Assembly: GCA_964016885.1 (NCBI GenBank)
Contig: OZ024745.1
Location: forward strand, 58,466,001 to 58,530,000
Source: Eledone cirrhosa
Lineage: Eukaryota
Reading direction: 5' to 3'
Length of the DNA stretch: 64,000 nucleotides
The notes under the pieces were generated by a model. The model was given only the letters and a program-made list of their open reading frames with translations. It did no database searches and was not told the DNA's origin. A program made the translations under genes and the position numbers. The stretch's first letter is position 1. Each line of letters starts with the position of its first letter. Positions 39,401-49,539 of this stretch are shown here, piece by piece.

Positions 39401-39502
39401 CTCTGACAGTCTGTGCTGATTCCAACAGGGCCTTTTGATCTTCTGTGGCTTGTTGCAGGGAAATAATATATTCAGATAATATAGCACCAGCATTGTTGAT
39501 AT
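39401..39502 (-). CDS. PIGS: PIG-S exon 4: (N)INNAGAILSEYIISLQQATEDQKALLESAQTVR
   Basis: cag|AT...AGAG|gtattg, 102 nt, phase 1-1, open frame. Confidence 0.85.
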
Positions 39503-40461
39503 CTGAAAATAACATTTGGTTTTCAACAGTCAAGCTTATAACATAAGATTTTAACACATTAGTCTATGTAAACATATTTAGTATTAACAATATAAGTATA
39601 TATTTATTATATGGATATTAATTACATCATATGCAGTGTGACTTATATTGAACATTGTATTTTGATTAATTTTGTATAGGTGCAGGTATAGCTATATGGT
39701 TAAGATAAGCATAGGAAAATTAAGAAGTTCACTTCAGAACCACATGGTTTCAGATTCTGTTCCATTGTGGAGCACTTTGAGCAAGTGTCTACTCCAATAA
39801 CCCTCAGCTGAACTAACACTAAATGAATTTGGTTGACAAAATCAGTGTGAAAGACTGTCAGGTGTATATGTGAGTGAGAATTGTCACAAACACAATATTG
39901 ACAGCATTTAAAAAATCAAGTGTTGAAGTTTGTTTATGTCCTCTATAAATAATAACTCCTGTAGTTCTACAAAAATCAGTGGTATGCATCATACTTAAAA
40001 TAAAGTATGGGTTGACATCAGGAATGGGGATCTGGCTATGAAAAAAATATTTATCCAACTAATGCAATCATGGAACAAGAGGATTTTAAAATGATGACAA
40101 AAATGATGTATGGAGAATGATTTAATCAATAAATTGCTGACAGGTCACACAAAATTTCTTGTAGAAGTTATTCTCCTTATGTTGTGCTGATACTCTCTTG
40201 GCACCCATGCTATCAGAAATGCATTAAGCCAGTGACTAACCCATTGAAAGCCCATAAAGGCCAGTGAGCACAGAAATACAAAAAAAATTAAAATATAACC
40301 AAAAAACGATATCCTAGATGAAGGACACAATGCACTGCTTGATCCAGTGATTGAACTCTCAACCTTGATCATGAGATAAACACACTCACCATTAGTGCAC
40401 ATGCTTTCAATAATGAATGCTACATTATATATTACAGATCACTGCTGATCACTACATTATG

Positions 40462-41375
40462 ACACTGATATCAAAAAGTCCTCTTGTGAACGTGACCTGG
40501 GCATTACTGTCAGCAACGATTTGCGTTGGACAAAGCATGTCTCTAAGATTGTCAAGAAGGCCGAGGGTGTCTTGGCATCACTCAGCAAGACCTTTGTTAG
40601 CCGCTCTCCAGCCATCTATTTAAAACTGTATACAGCTATGGTGCGACCACACTTGGAATTCGCATCATTAGTCTGGAACCCCTATCTTGCTCAGAACATT
40701 GACCTCCTGGAAACTGTTCAGAGACGTGCAACCAAGTGCATACCCTCCATCAGACACCTACCATACTCTGAACGCCTTGCTTCCCTGGGCATGGATTCAT
40801 TGAAGCTCCGACGTCTGGCAATGGTCTTAGTGAATACCCACAAAGTTTTTAACCATCTCGCCAATTGCAACCCTGAGCGCCTCTTTGATCTCCATGTGTC
40901 TAACACACGTGGACATGCCTACAAGATCAGAAAACAGTACAGCTCCCATGACTTTCGTAGACATTTTTTCACGCTCAGAGTTGCTGAAGCATGGAACAAA
41001 CTGCTTGCGTCAATTGTTAGCTGCCGAGACACTGCATCCTTTAAGACACTCATGCTTCCCGAAATACGCCAAAACTACACCTGATGTACCCCTTCCATAC
41101 ACATGCACACGTGTGTATCATGACTCGTGCACTGTTCATTTTACTGATGTTTGTGCATTGCCCTATGTACTGTACATGCACTTTTTTGATGAGTTGCGGT
41201 GCACCTGGGCACTGTACACAATATTTCATTATTGTTATTGTTATTATATCATGACTCATACACTGTTCATTTTCCTGACACTTTATTATTCTATGTACTA
41301 TACATGCACCTTTGATGAGTTGTAGTGCACCTGAGCACTGTACACAATAATTTCATTATTATTATTATTATTATT
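40462..41375 (+). mobile_element. 5'-truncated CR1-clade LINE (RT C-terminal region, 3' UTR, (ATT)n tail)
   Basis: DLGI.V..DL.W..H, LY..MVRPHLE, LE.VQRRATK, TRGH..K and FF..RV...WN.L motifs. TACAGATCACTGCTGAT is duplicated at about 40433 and 41382. Confidence 0.92.
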
Positions 41376-41478
41376 ATATACTACAGATCACTGCTGATAT
41401 TAACTGGTACTTACTTTTTGACCCTAGAAAGATGAAATACAAAAGCGACTCTAAAATGAAAAATCTAGGAATACTTAC

Positions 41479-41563
41479 TCAGCTGTTTACTTAAATGTTT
41501 AGGCAATTCTATTTGTTCATCTTGATCAAAATTTATTATGTTGATTTTCACAGTGTATTTCAC
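41479..41563 (-). CDS. PIGS: PIG-S exon 3: VKYTVKINIINFDQDEQIELPKHLSKQL
   Basis: tag|GTG...CTGA|gtaagt, 85 nt, phase 0-1; supplies the phase change required between exons 2 and 4. Confidence 0.87.
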
Positions 41564-42387
41564 CTACAGAAAGGAATTATAAAGTGTTTATAGAATAAAG
41601 CATGTTTAGAGTTAATCATGCATGCATTTTTATGGTTGTGTAAATGTTTGTTTGGATGCACATAAGTTGCTGTTGTGGTGGTTTAGAACCAGGTCAACCT
41701 TAAAATTTAAATATTTAAATATTTAAATTTAAAAATTTTATTAATTTTAAAAATTTAAATATTTAAATGAGTAACTCTAATGTAAGATGACATAGCTTAA
41801 GAAATGTCATACCTTGAACAATAACAATATATGTATATATAAACATATATGTATATATACATATATTATTATATATTATGGAATACTGTTGGCTTCTTGC
41901 TACAATACTTTCTATACCTTTCATTTATATATGTATATATACATATATATATGTGTGGGTGTGTGACCAGTTTAAAAGTGCCTCCTCCAATATACAGTGG
42001 TGGCCATAATTGAACCCTGAAACCAATGGTCACTCATACATGTTAAGTGTATGAAACTTTATTTATACTATATATATATAATTAGTATAAACATTTAACA
42101 TATATTTTCCTTGCTATCAGTATTACTGACCTGGCAAGACAGGGGCCCACTTCTTGCTTACATACATTTCTGCACTCTACGGAATGGACTGGGTGCATTT
42201 CATTTTGATATCACCACTCAATGTCTTTAACACAGCTAGAAGGTCCTCATGACCCTTTGTTTGGCCAGTTTTCTATGGATGGATGCTCTTCCAACTCTAT
42301 GTGGAGGGAATAGGAACTATGCCATGGGTAAGGGGCTGTGAGGAGGGAAGACATATATATATATATATATTTTAAATTAAATTAAAT

Positions 42388-44166
42388 TAATCGACCAGGT
42401 CATGAAGGTCACGGAAAAAGTAATAGCGCAACTAATCAGAGAGAGAATTGATCTAGATGAAATGCAGTTCGGGTTTGTGTCAGGCAAAAGCACCACAGAC
42501 GCTCTTTTCATAGTACGACAACTACAGGAGAAGTACCTAGCTAAAGGTAAACCCCTCTACTTAGCTTTTGTCGACCTGGAGAAAGCCTTCGACAGAGTCC
42601 CCCGCTCCATTATCTGGTGGGCTCTTAGAAAACTAGGCGTTGACGAATGGCTTGTGAGGGCTATACAAGCCATGTATAAAGAAACAGTCAGCAAGGTTAG
42701 AATTAACAACGAATATAGTGAAGAGTTTAGCGTAAAAGTTGGCGTCCATCAGGGCTCTGTTCTCAGCCCCCTACTATTTATTATTGCCCTTCAGGCTATA
42801 ACAGAGGAGTTCAAGACAGGCTGCCCATGGGAACTCCTATACGCAGACGACCTGACACTCATAGCGGAATCAATGGCCGAGCTAGAGAAGAAATTCCAAA
42901 CATGGAAGCACGGCCTAGAGTCAAAAGGACTTAAAATTAACCTGGCTAAGACCAAAGTTCTAGTTTGTAGGAAAGAAAACAAGGCGGCGGTCCCTTCTGG
43001 GAAATGGTCGTGCTCGGTATGTAGGAAAGGCGTAGGTAGAAACTCCATCTTATGTCCTAAATGCAAAGTATGGGTGCATAAAAGATGTAGTGGGATCACA
43101 GGTAAGCTAACTAAGAACATAGACTTTACATGTGGCCGATGTTCTGGTGCAATAAGTAGCAGCAAGTGCCCACAAAATACTAGCTCTTTCAATTGCGCAG
43201 AGGGTTCTATAGAAATAGTGGACAGCTTCCGTTACCTGGGCGATAAAATCAGCAGTGGGGGAGGGTGCTCTGAAAGTACTGTAGCTAGAGTCAGAACTGG
43301 TTGGAAAAAGTTCAGAGAGCTTATACCACTATTAGCTGCTAAAGGGTTCTCCCTAAAAATGAAAGGCAGGTTGTACAATGCCTGCATACGAACAGCAATG
43401 TTGCATGGTAGTGAGACCTGGGCATTGTGTGCAGAGGATATACGCAGACTAGAGAGGAACGAAGCTTGCATGCTCCGCTGGATGTGTAACAGTAATATAC
43501 GTGAACGGCAAAGCATAAACGAACTAAGGAAAAAATTAGAGATAAGAGGGATCAGATGTTGTTTACTCGAGAGAAGGCTGCGTTGGTATGGACACGTGAT
43601 GCGCATGAAAGTCGATAGCTGTATTACAAAGTGCAGGGCAATAAAGATAGACGGTAGCCACGGAATAGGCAGACCTAGAAAAACATGGGATGAGCTGATA
43701 AACTACAACCTCATACACTTACACCTCTCCAAGACAATGTCACTGGACCGTGACCTTTGGCGGTACTCAGTAACAGAGAAGACCCGCCTTGCCAGTAGGC
43801 ATCTCTAACAAACTACACCCCATCCCGCCACCACCCCCACCCCATCCACACCACCCCGTTCCATGTAAAGTTATGTTGGTGCCGCGCCATCCAGGCCGAA
43901 ACAAACGAGATCGTGTAGGTGTCACGACAAAAAAACACACAGTCCACGCTGTAATGTGGCCGTGTAGGCAACACGGTAAAAACCTCCCAGACCCACACTG
44001 TAAATGTGGTTGGTGTTAGGAAGGGCATCCAACTGTAGAAAACCTGCCAGACAGTCCTATGCGAGCAAGACAATCACTCTTGCCTCAAGTGGGACTACCC
44101 CCGTCCAAACCCATGCAAGCGTGGAACACGGACGTTAAACGTTGATGATGATGATGATGATGATGA
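42388..44166 (+). mobile_element. Young 5'-truncated RTE LINE, antisense to PIG-S, with (GAT)n tail
   Basis: Uninterrupted 468-aa ORF, a 3' UTR shared with other copies, and a tail ending at 44166. Confidence 0.95.
42402..43808 (+). CDS. RTE reverse transcriptase (N-truncated) with an embedded PHD-like Cys/His finger
   Basis: QFGF, FVDLEKAFDRV, GVHQGSVLSPLLF, LLYADDL, FRYLG and RRLRWYGHV motifs. C..C...C..C...H..C...C..C lies between INLAKTK and FRYLG. Confidence 0.93.
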   Translation: MKVTEKVIAQLIRERIDLDEMQFGFVSGKSTTDALFIVRQLQEKYLAKGKPLYLAFVDLEKAFDRVPRSIIWWALRKLGVDEWLVRAIQAMYKETVSKVRINNEYSEEFSVKVGVHQGSVLSPLLFIIALQAITEEFKTGCPWELLYADDLTLIAESMAELEKKFQTWKHGLESKGLKINLAKTKVLVCRKENKAAVPSGKWSCSVCRKGVGRNSILCPKCKVWVHKRCSGITGKLTKNIDFTCGRCSGAISSSKCPQNTSSFNCAEGSIEIVDSFRYLGDKISSGGGCSESTVARVRTGWKKFRELIPLLAAKGFSLKMKGRLYNACIRTAMLHGSETWALCAEDIRRLERNEACMLRWMCNSNIRERQSINELRKKLEIRGIRCCLLERRLRWYGHVMRMKVDSCITKCRAIKIDGSHGIGRPRKTWDELINYNLIHLHLSKTMSLDRDLWRYSVTEKTRLASRHL

Positions 44167-44176
44167 TTTTGCATAC

Positions 44177-44316
44177 CTTAGTATCAGTCAGTGCTTCAAT
44201 TTCATCATAAGGTAAATGTACTCTGTAAACTTCAGTTGTTTTCCACCAAAGTGGAAGACCCAGGAATACACAGATCAAGCCAATTCCAAGTGCTGCGTAA
44301 GCCTGGGTGGCTTTCT
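44177..44316 (-). CDS. PIGS: PIG-S exon 2: (E)KATQAYAALGIGLICVFLGLPLWWKTTEVYRVHLPYDEIEALTDTK (N-terminal TM helix)
   Basis: cag|AG...AAG|gtatgc, 140 nt, phase 1-0; hallmark GLPLWWKTTE.YR..LPY..I motif. Confidence 0.97.
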
Positions 44317-44914
44317 CTGTATAAAAGAAAAGATAATTACTTCTTTTAATTAAGCATATGACAAATGTTAGAAAGGAATGTTATATAATTTATTTAATCA
44401 CTAATGAAATAGTTAATAAGGAAGTCTTAATGGCGTCCTTCAAAATCTCCCTCATATCACACAGGAATGTCTTCAACAAAAAGGAAGGGCACATTGAATA
44501 GAGTAGTGCTAGGTGCACTATACTAGAAAACAAAAAATGGAATGGCTTTCATTATAGGTTTGATCAATCAGGACAGATCTGGAGCTAAACAACACTAACC
44601 TTAAAGGGATAAAAAGCAAAGAAAACCGGAATTGTGCGAGAATGTAATTGGTTGCTCTTATTTCTACAACTTAAAAGCAGTGAATATTCACAAAACAACT
44701 TCATGGGTTTAGGTTTAACTTCAAGTTTCTTACATACAAAAAAGAAACTGAACTGAAGAAATTGCAATATTCTTTTTGTTTTGTTTTTCTTACACAAAGA
44801 TTAAATTTTTAGACTGATCCCAACTATAAACTTGACTATTTGGTCTTCTGTTGAACCTTACTACAATTAAATCTCACGTATCTGAACATTAATTATCCCA
44901 AAATTATTTCAATA

Positions 44915-45140
44915 TACCAATATCAAAAAGTCTTCTTGTGAACGTAAGCTGGGCATTATTGTCAACAGTGATTTGCGTTGGACAAAGCACATTGCTAAAA
45001 TTGTCAAGAAGGCCAAGGGCATCTTAGCATCATTCAGTAAGACCTTTGTCAGCCACTCTCCAGCTATCTACTTAAAGCTGTATATAGCTATGGTGCATCC
45101 ACACTTAGAATTTGCATCACCAATTTGCTCAGAATATTGA
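44915..45140 (+). mobile_element. CR1 fragment
   Basis: Aligns to about 40467-40700. Confidence 0.82.
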
Positions 45141-45493
45141 TATATAGCCAATACACTTTTATCATTTGTTTTTATCACTGGTGAGGCCAGCAGCTTCACT
45201 GAATCTAACATTGCATCTGCTTAGATGCTCGTTAAATTGTAAAATGCATATTTTTCACAAAGCTTTATCTTCCAACATTATAAAACTCTGTTGAGACAAG
45301 TTTGTAAATACTCTCATTCCATACACCATTTTGTCAGCTTGTTATAATAATATATACTCATTATGAGGTCCTTTTTGAGTATATTGGATACTGTGATAAG
45401 TGAAAAAAAATGGAATGAGATATTTGGTGATGTGTTAAGGAAGGATGAAAATGAATGTGGAAAGAGGAAGAGGAAGATCAAGAAACACATTAA

Positions 45494-45895
45494 CCCTTTA
45501 GCATTTAAACCAGCTGTATCCAACCAGAATTTTCTCAACTCTTTCTGATCAAATCGGCTGTAACTGGCCACTCATATGATGTTAAGGTACTGTTCTCAAA
45601 ATAAATAACATCAAAATTTCATAGATTCGATATTATGTGAGATAAAGCCTTTACCGCAAGAATACAATAGTATATATAATTGTTTCTACTTTTGGCACAA
45701 GGCCAGCAACTACCCAGTGCATTACTGGTACTTTATTTTATCGACCCCGTAAGGATGAAAGGCAAAGTTAACCTCGGCGGTATTTGAACTCAGAATGGCA
45801 AGGGTCGTAACACTATGCGTCAAAGCATGGCGTCCGACCCTCTACCGATACTGCCAATCCACCACCCTAGTATATATAATGTAAATGGTAAAGGG
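45494..45895. mobile_element. TTAA MITE with a nested family A SINE (about 45681-45867, minus strand, TSD TAGTATATATAAT)
   Basis: TTAA|CCCTTTAGC...AAAGGG|TTAA; the 13-bp duplication flanks the SINE. Confidence 0.83.
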
Positions 45896-47099
45896 TTAAA
45901 AATGTTGAAGGAGAAAATGAAAACCAGAAGATTGGTGAGAGCACATACAAAGGATAAGGCAAAATAGAGAAGTTTGTCATGGGACCCCAACATAGCTTTG
46001 ACAGGGAAATTACCTTAAAATGCTTGTTGCCTATGACAGTATACAACATGTTATTTAGCCATTGGTCAGCTCTGATTGAACATACATAGGATCAAAAGCA
46101 TTTCAGCCATGACCATCCAGTCCTTCTTTGCATGCACGCTGTATCAAATACTATATTATCCACTGTAGCATTAGACGTCGCTTTTAAAACAGTTGAGTGT
46201 GGTTTAAGAGATATTTGGCTGTTATTTCTAACATGGCGGGCGACATCCCATTGCATAAATGCATTTAAGAGATATTTTAGAAATAGAACACAGCATATTA
46301 TTCTTCTTTTAGTATAGGAAATGATACGAAAAATACTAATACTGCTTATCAAATATATATATTGTTTGAAACCAGGTCAGTCCTGATCGAACAAGCATAT
46401 GGACATATCAAAAAAGCTTCAGCTATGACCATCTCGAAAAAAATTATAAAAGCTGGTGTTGCTTAGCTCCATGTCAGCCCTGACCGATTAGAGATATAAT
46501 GATGATGATCAAAGGTGTTCCAGTCGTGAAAATATTGACCAGGAAGAGAGAACTTAAAAGTATGCCAAAAAAGCACAGAGCTGAATGTGACAGGACGGTG
46601 TCATGGTATCCAAAGTAAATATTAGATATACAACAAAACGTCCCTCTGAACAACCGTCAGGCAAATTATTAGAGAGGGTTTCCAGTGCTCCTCGCGATAC
46701 TGTTATTTTTTGCTCTGATAGCGGTTCGTTTGCCCAACCCTTTCATCTTTTGTTGTATGTGGTCCTAGATGCATTATTACCTGCTTTGTATATATTATAT
46801 GAGTTTGTGTTTTCGTTCTGTAACCATCATATTATTATATTTTTCATACAACTGTGAATAAAAGATTTTTCATCTCTATTATTTTATATATATCCAGATA
46901 TTTTCATTCGCGATTACATTATTTTACTTTACATGATATAACGAATATAAATATACTCAATACATCTAATTTCAGATTTATTTTCATAGGCTTTTACAAT
47001 TTCAGAAATTAAAAAAAGTGTAGAAACACATAAAAATAGAGGCGATCATTTTTTTTTTTAAATCATAAATTGTAAATAAATGAAATTAAAATATTTTAC

Positions 47100-47127
47100 C
47101 ATTCTCAATACGTTTATTTTTATCCAT
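47100..47127 (-). CDS. PIGS: Probable PIG-S exon 1 coding part: MDKNKRIEN
   Basis: gctATGG start context; ends G|gtaaaa in phase 1, which fits exon 2; short N-terminus as expected; locally CpG-richer. Not supported by homology. Confidence 0.7.
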
Positions 47128-47139
47128 AGCTGCTTGTTA

Positions 47140-47260
47140 TTACCGGTGTATGAATAAGACGGTGTACAATATAAATAAGTATCCGCAGATTACGTCATCC
47201 GCTATGATTTTGAAACATTTTTGCTTCTTATGAGAATAGCGTAATTAATAAAGTATTCAA
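47140..47260 (-). promoter_or_regulatory. Putative PIG-S promoter/5' UTR with an ATF/CRE-like TGACGTAA (47190-47197)
   Basis: Position just upstream of the proposed ATG, several CpGs, and a motif match only. Confidence 0.35.
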
Positions 47261-47391
47261 AAGTAGCAAAGATATCAGCAATTTCTTTTCTACTCTTGAC
47301 CCTGTAAATATGTATTGATTAAAATACGATTAGGATGTATTTTTATTTCTTCGATATATTGATTTTATATTTGTGGATAATTACATCAACA

Positions 47392-49539
47392 AAATCTCCG
47401 TACAAGGCGATTTCATCCTTCCCCGCTGGGTCAGGCGCGGAAATTGACGGCCTTCGTCCTCAACACCTGAAGGGTGGTATCTCCTTATCGGCCGGTGACG
47501 CCGGACTCGAGCTCTTGGAGAGTCTAACTCAGTTTGGGAATCAGTTCTCTTCAGTGAACGTTCTCCCGTTCATCCGCCCACTGTTCTTCGGTGCGAAGAT
47601 ATTTGGTCTCACCAAGCCCAACGGGGACCTGCGCCCCATTGCGGTTGGCTGCACACTTCGCCGCCTCACTGCAAAGGCGTGTTTGCTGTTGGTCTCCGAC
47701 TCACTGGAATTTTCCCCCATCCAGCTGGTGGGGGGGGGGGGTACCAAGTTGGGATGTGAGGCTGCTGTCCACGCTACCAGCGCATCTACCAACTTGCCCT
47801 CCTCGTCCCCAAGGTCATCCTCAAACTTGACCTCAAGAATGCATTTAACTCCGTCAGCCGCGACATCGTTCTCGGCTCAGTAAGAGAGAGGGTCCCACAA
47901 CTCTACCACTTTGCTTGGCAGGCGCTATCGGGAGCCCTCCTACCCCTCTTTCGGTGACCAAATCATCACCTCTGCCTCAGGAGTCCAACAGGGTGACCCA
48001 CTCGGGCCCGCTCTGTTTGCACTGGGCATTGATGACGTCACCAAGATGGGGGTTGAGTTGGACCTCAATGTCTGGTACCTCGACGACGCCTGTTTGGGGG
48101 GAACTCCGGATATGGTTCTCGCCACTGCCAACAAGATGGTTGAGGGGCTCCAAATGTGAGCTCTGGATCCTCAACCACCCGGCTTCTCAACAGCAACAGC
48201 TAATCGACATGTTTGCAGAGTCCTTCCCTTCCATCGCGGTCCCTCCCCCGTCGGCTTGGTGCTCCTTAGGAGCCCCAATCACAGACATGGCCTTCGAGTC
48301 AATCTTCCAATCGAAGATGGTTGGCCTTGAGCAGCTATTGAGGAATATTGAAGTTATCGAACCTCATCAAGGTTTCTTCATACTCAAGAACTACATGTCT
48401 ATTCCTAAGCTTATGTATCTGCTCAGGGTCAGCCCCTCTCATAGATTTCCGTCCTGCCTCCAACGCTTCGACGACCTAATCTTCGAGAGACTCGAGTGCC
48501 TGGTCAATTTTAGACTCTCTCCAGAGTCCCTGCGTTGCCCAAGCAATTTTGGGGTCTTGGTTTTCATAAGTGTTCGTCCCTCTCTCTCCCCTGCTTCCTT
48601 TCCTCCACCCACGCTTGCTCCACACTGGTGAGCAGCATCGTCTCCTCTCCAACATGGACTAGTTCCAACAGGAAGTTGGGTAAAGCTCTCCAGCAATGGA
48701 GTGAGTTGGGCTTGTCTCTTCCTGAGAAGGTGGAGGACAGTCGAAGTCAGAGAACTTGGGACAGCATAAGTTCGAAGGTCACCTTCGACTCCCTCTTCGT
48801 CCAGTCAGATCAGTTTGCAAGGTGCCGCTTACTATCTGCCAGCGCCAAATACTCAGGCGACTGGGTTGATGCCCTACCCGTGGCCAGCGTTGGTGGCTTA
48901 CTCAGCCTGGACGAACTTCGTGTCTCCATCGCCCTCAGAGTGGGAGCTAACATCTGCATGGGTTTGAGGTGCCGATGCGGCAAACTCCTCGACTCCACAG
49001 GCCTCCACGGTCTTTCTTGCCGCCTGAATGCCAGCCGCTTCGCGCGTCACACAGAGCTAAACCTCATTCTGAAGAGAGCTTTGGCCCGGGCGAATATTCC
49101 CTCAGTCTTGGAACCATCTGGGTTGTCCAGAAGTGACGGCAAAAGAGCTGACGGCCTTACCCTGTGCCCCTGGTCGAGAGGCAGGTGCCTTGTCTGGGAC
49201 GTCACTGTTAGTGACTCTTTTGCTCTTTCCCACATCCTGGATGCAGCGGTTAGGACGAGGGCCACAGCTTCCGCAGCCGAGCGGAATAAGACCCTCAAAT
49301 ACTCTGATCTGTCGGCTAGCTACATTTTTCAGCCTGTGGCTTTCGAGACATTTGGGGGAGTCTGGCCGCCGACTGCGTGATTCCTCTCTTCACTGGAGGC
49401 TCGCCTAATAGAGGTAATTGGTGAATCTCGCGAGGGCACTTGGCTATTTCAGCGCACCACCGAGGCAACGCTGCGAGTGTGCTGGCTTGCTTCAAAAATC
49501 ATTAGAGAGGTTGCCCAGTACCCCTCGCGACGTTGCTGT
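47392..49539 (+). mobile_element. CRE-clade non-LTR retrotransposon (RT plus restriction-like endonuclease), 5'-truncated and frameshifted; its 3' UTR probably resumes at 51620 to about 51885
   Basis: LRPIAVG.TLRRL, GCEAAVHA, KLDLKNAFNSVSR, GVQQGDPLGPALF, WYLDD; CRC...H..SC knuckle, R.ARH, RADG, WDVTV, AAE..K..KY, FETFG. Confidence 0.88.
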
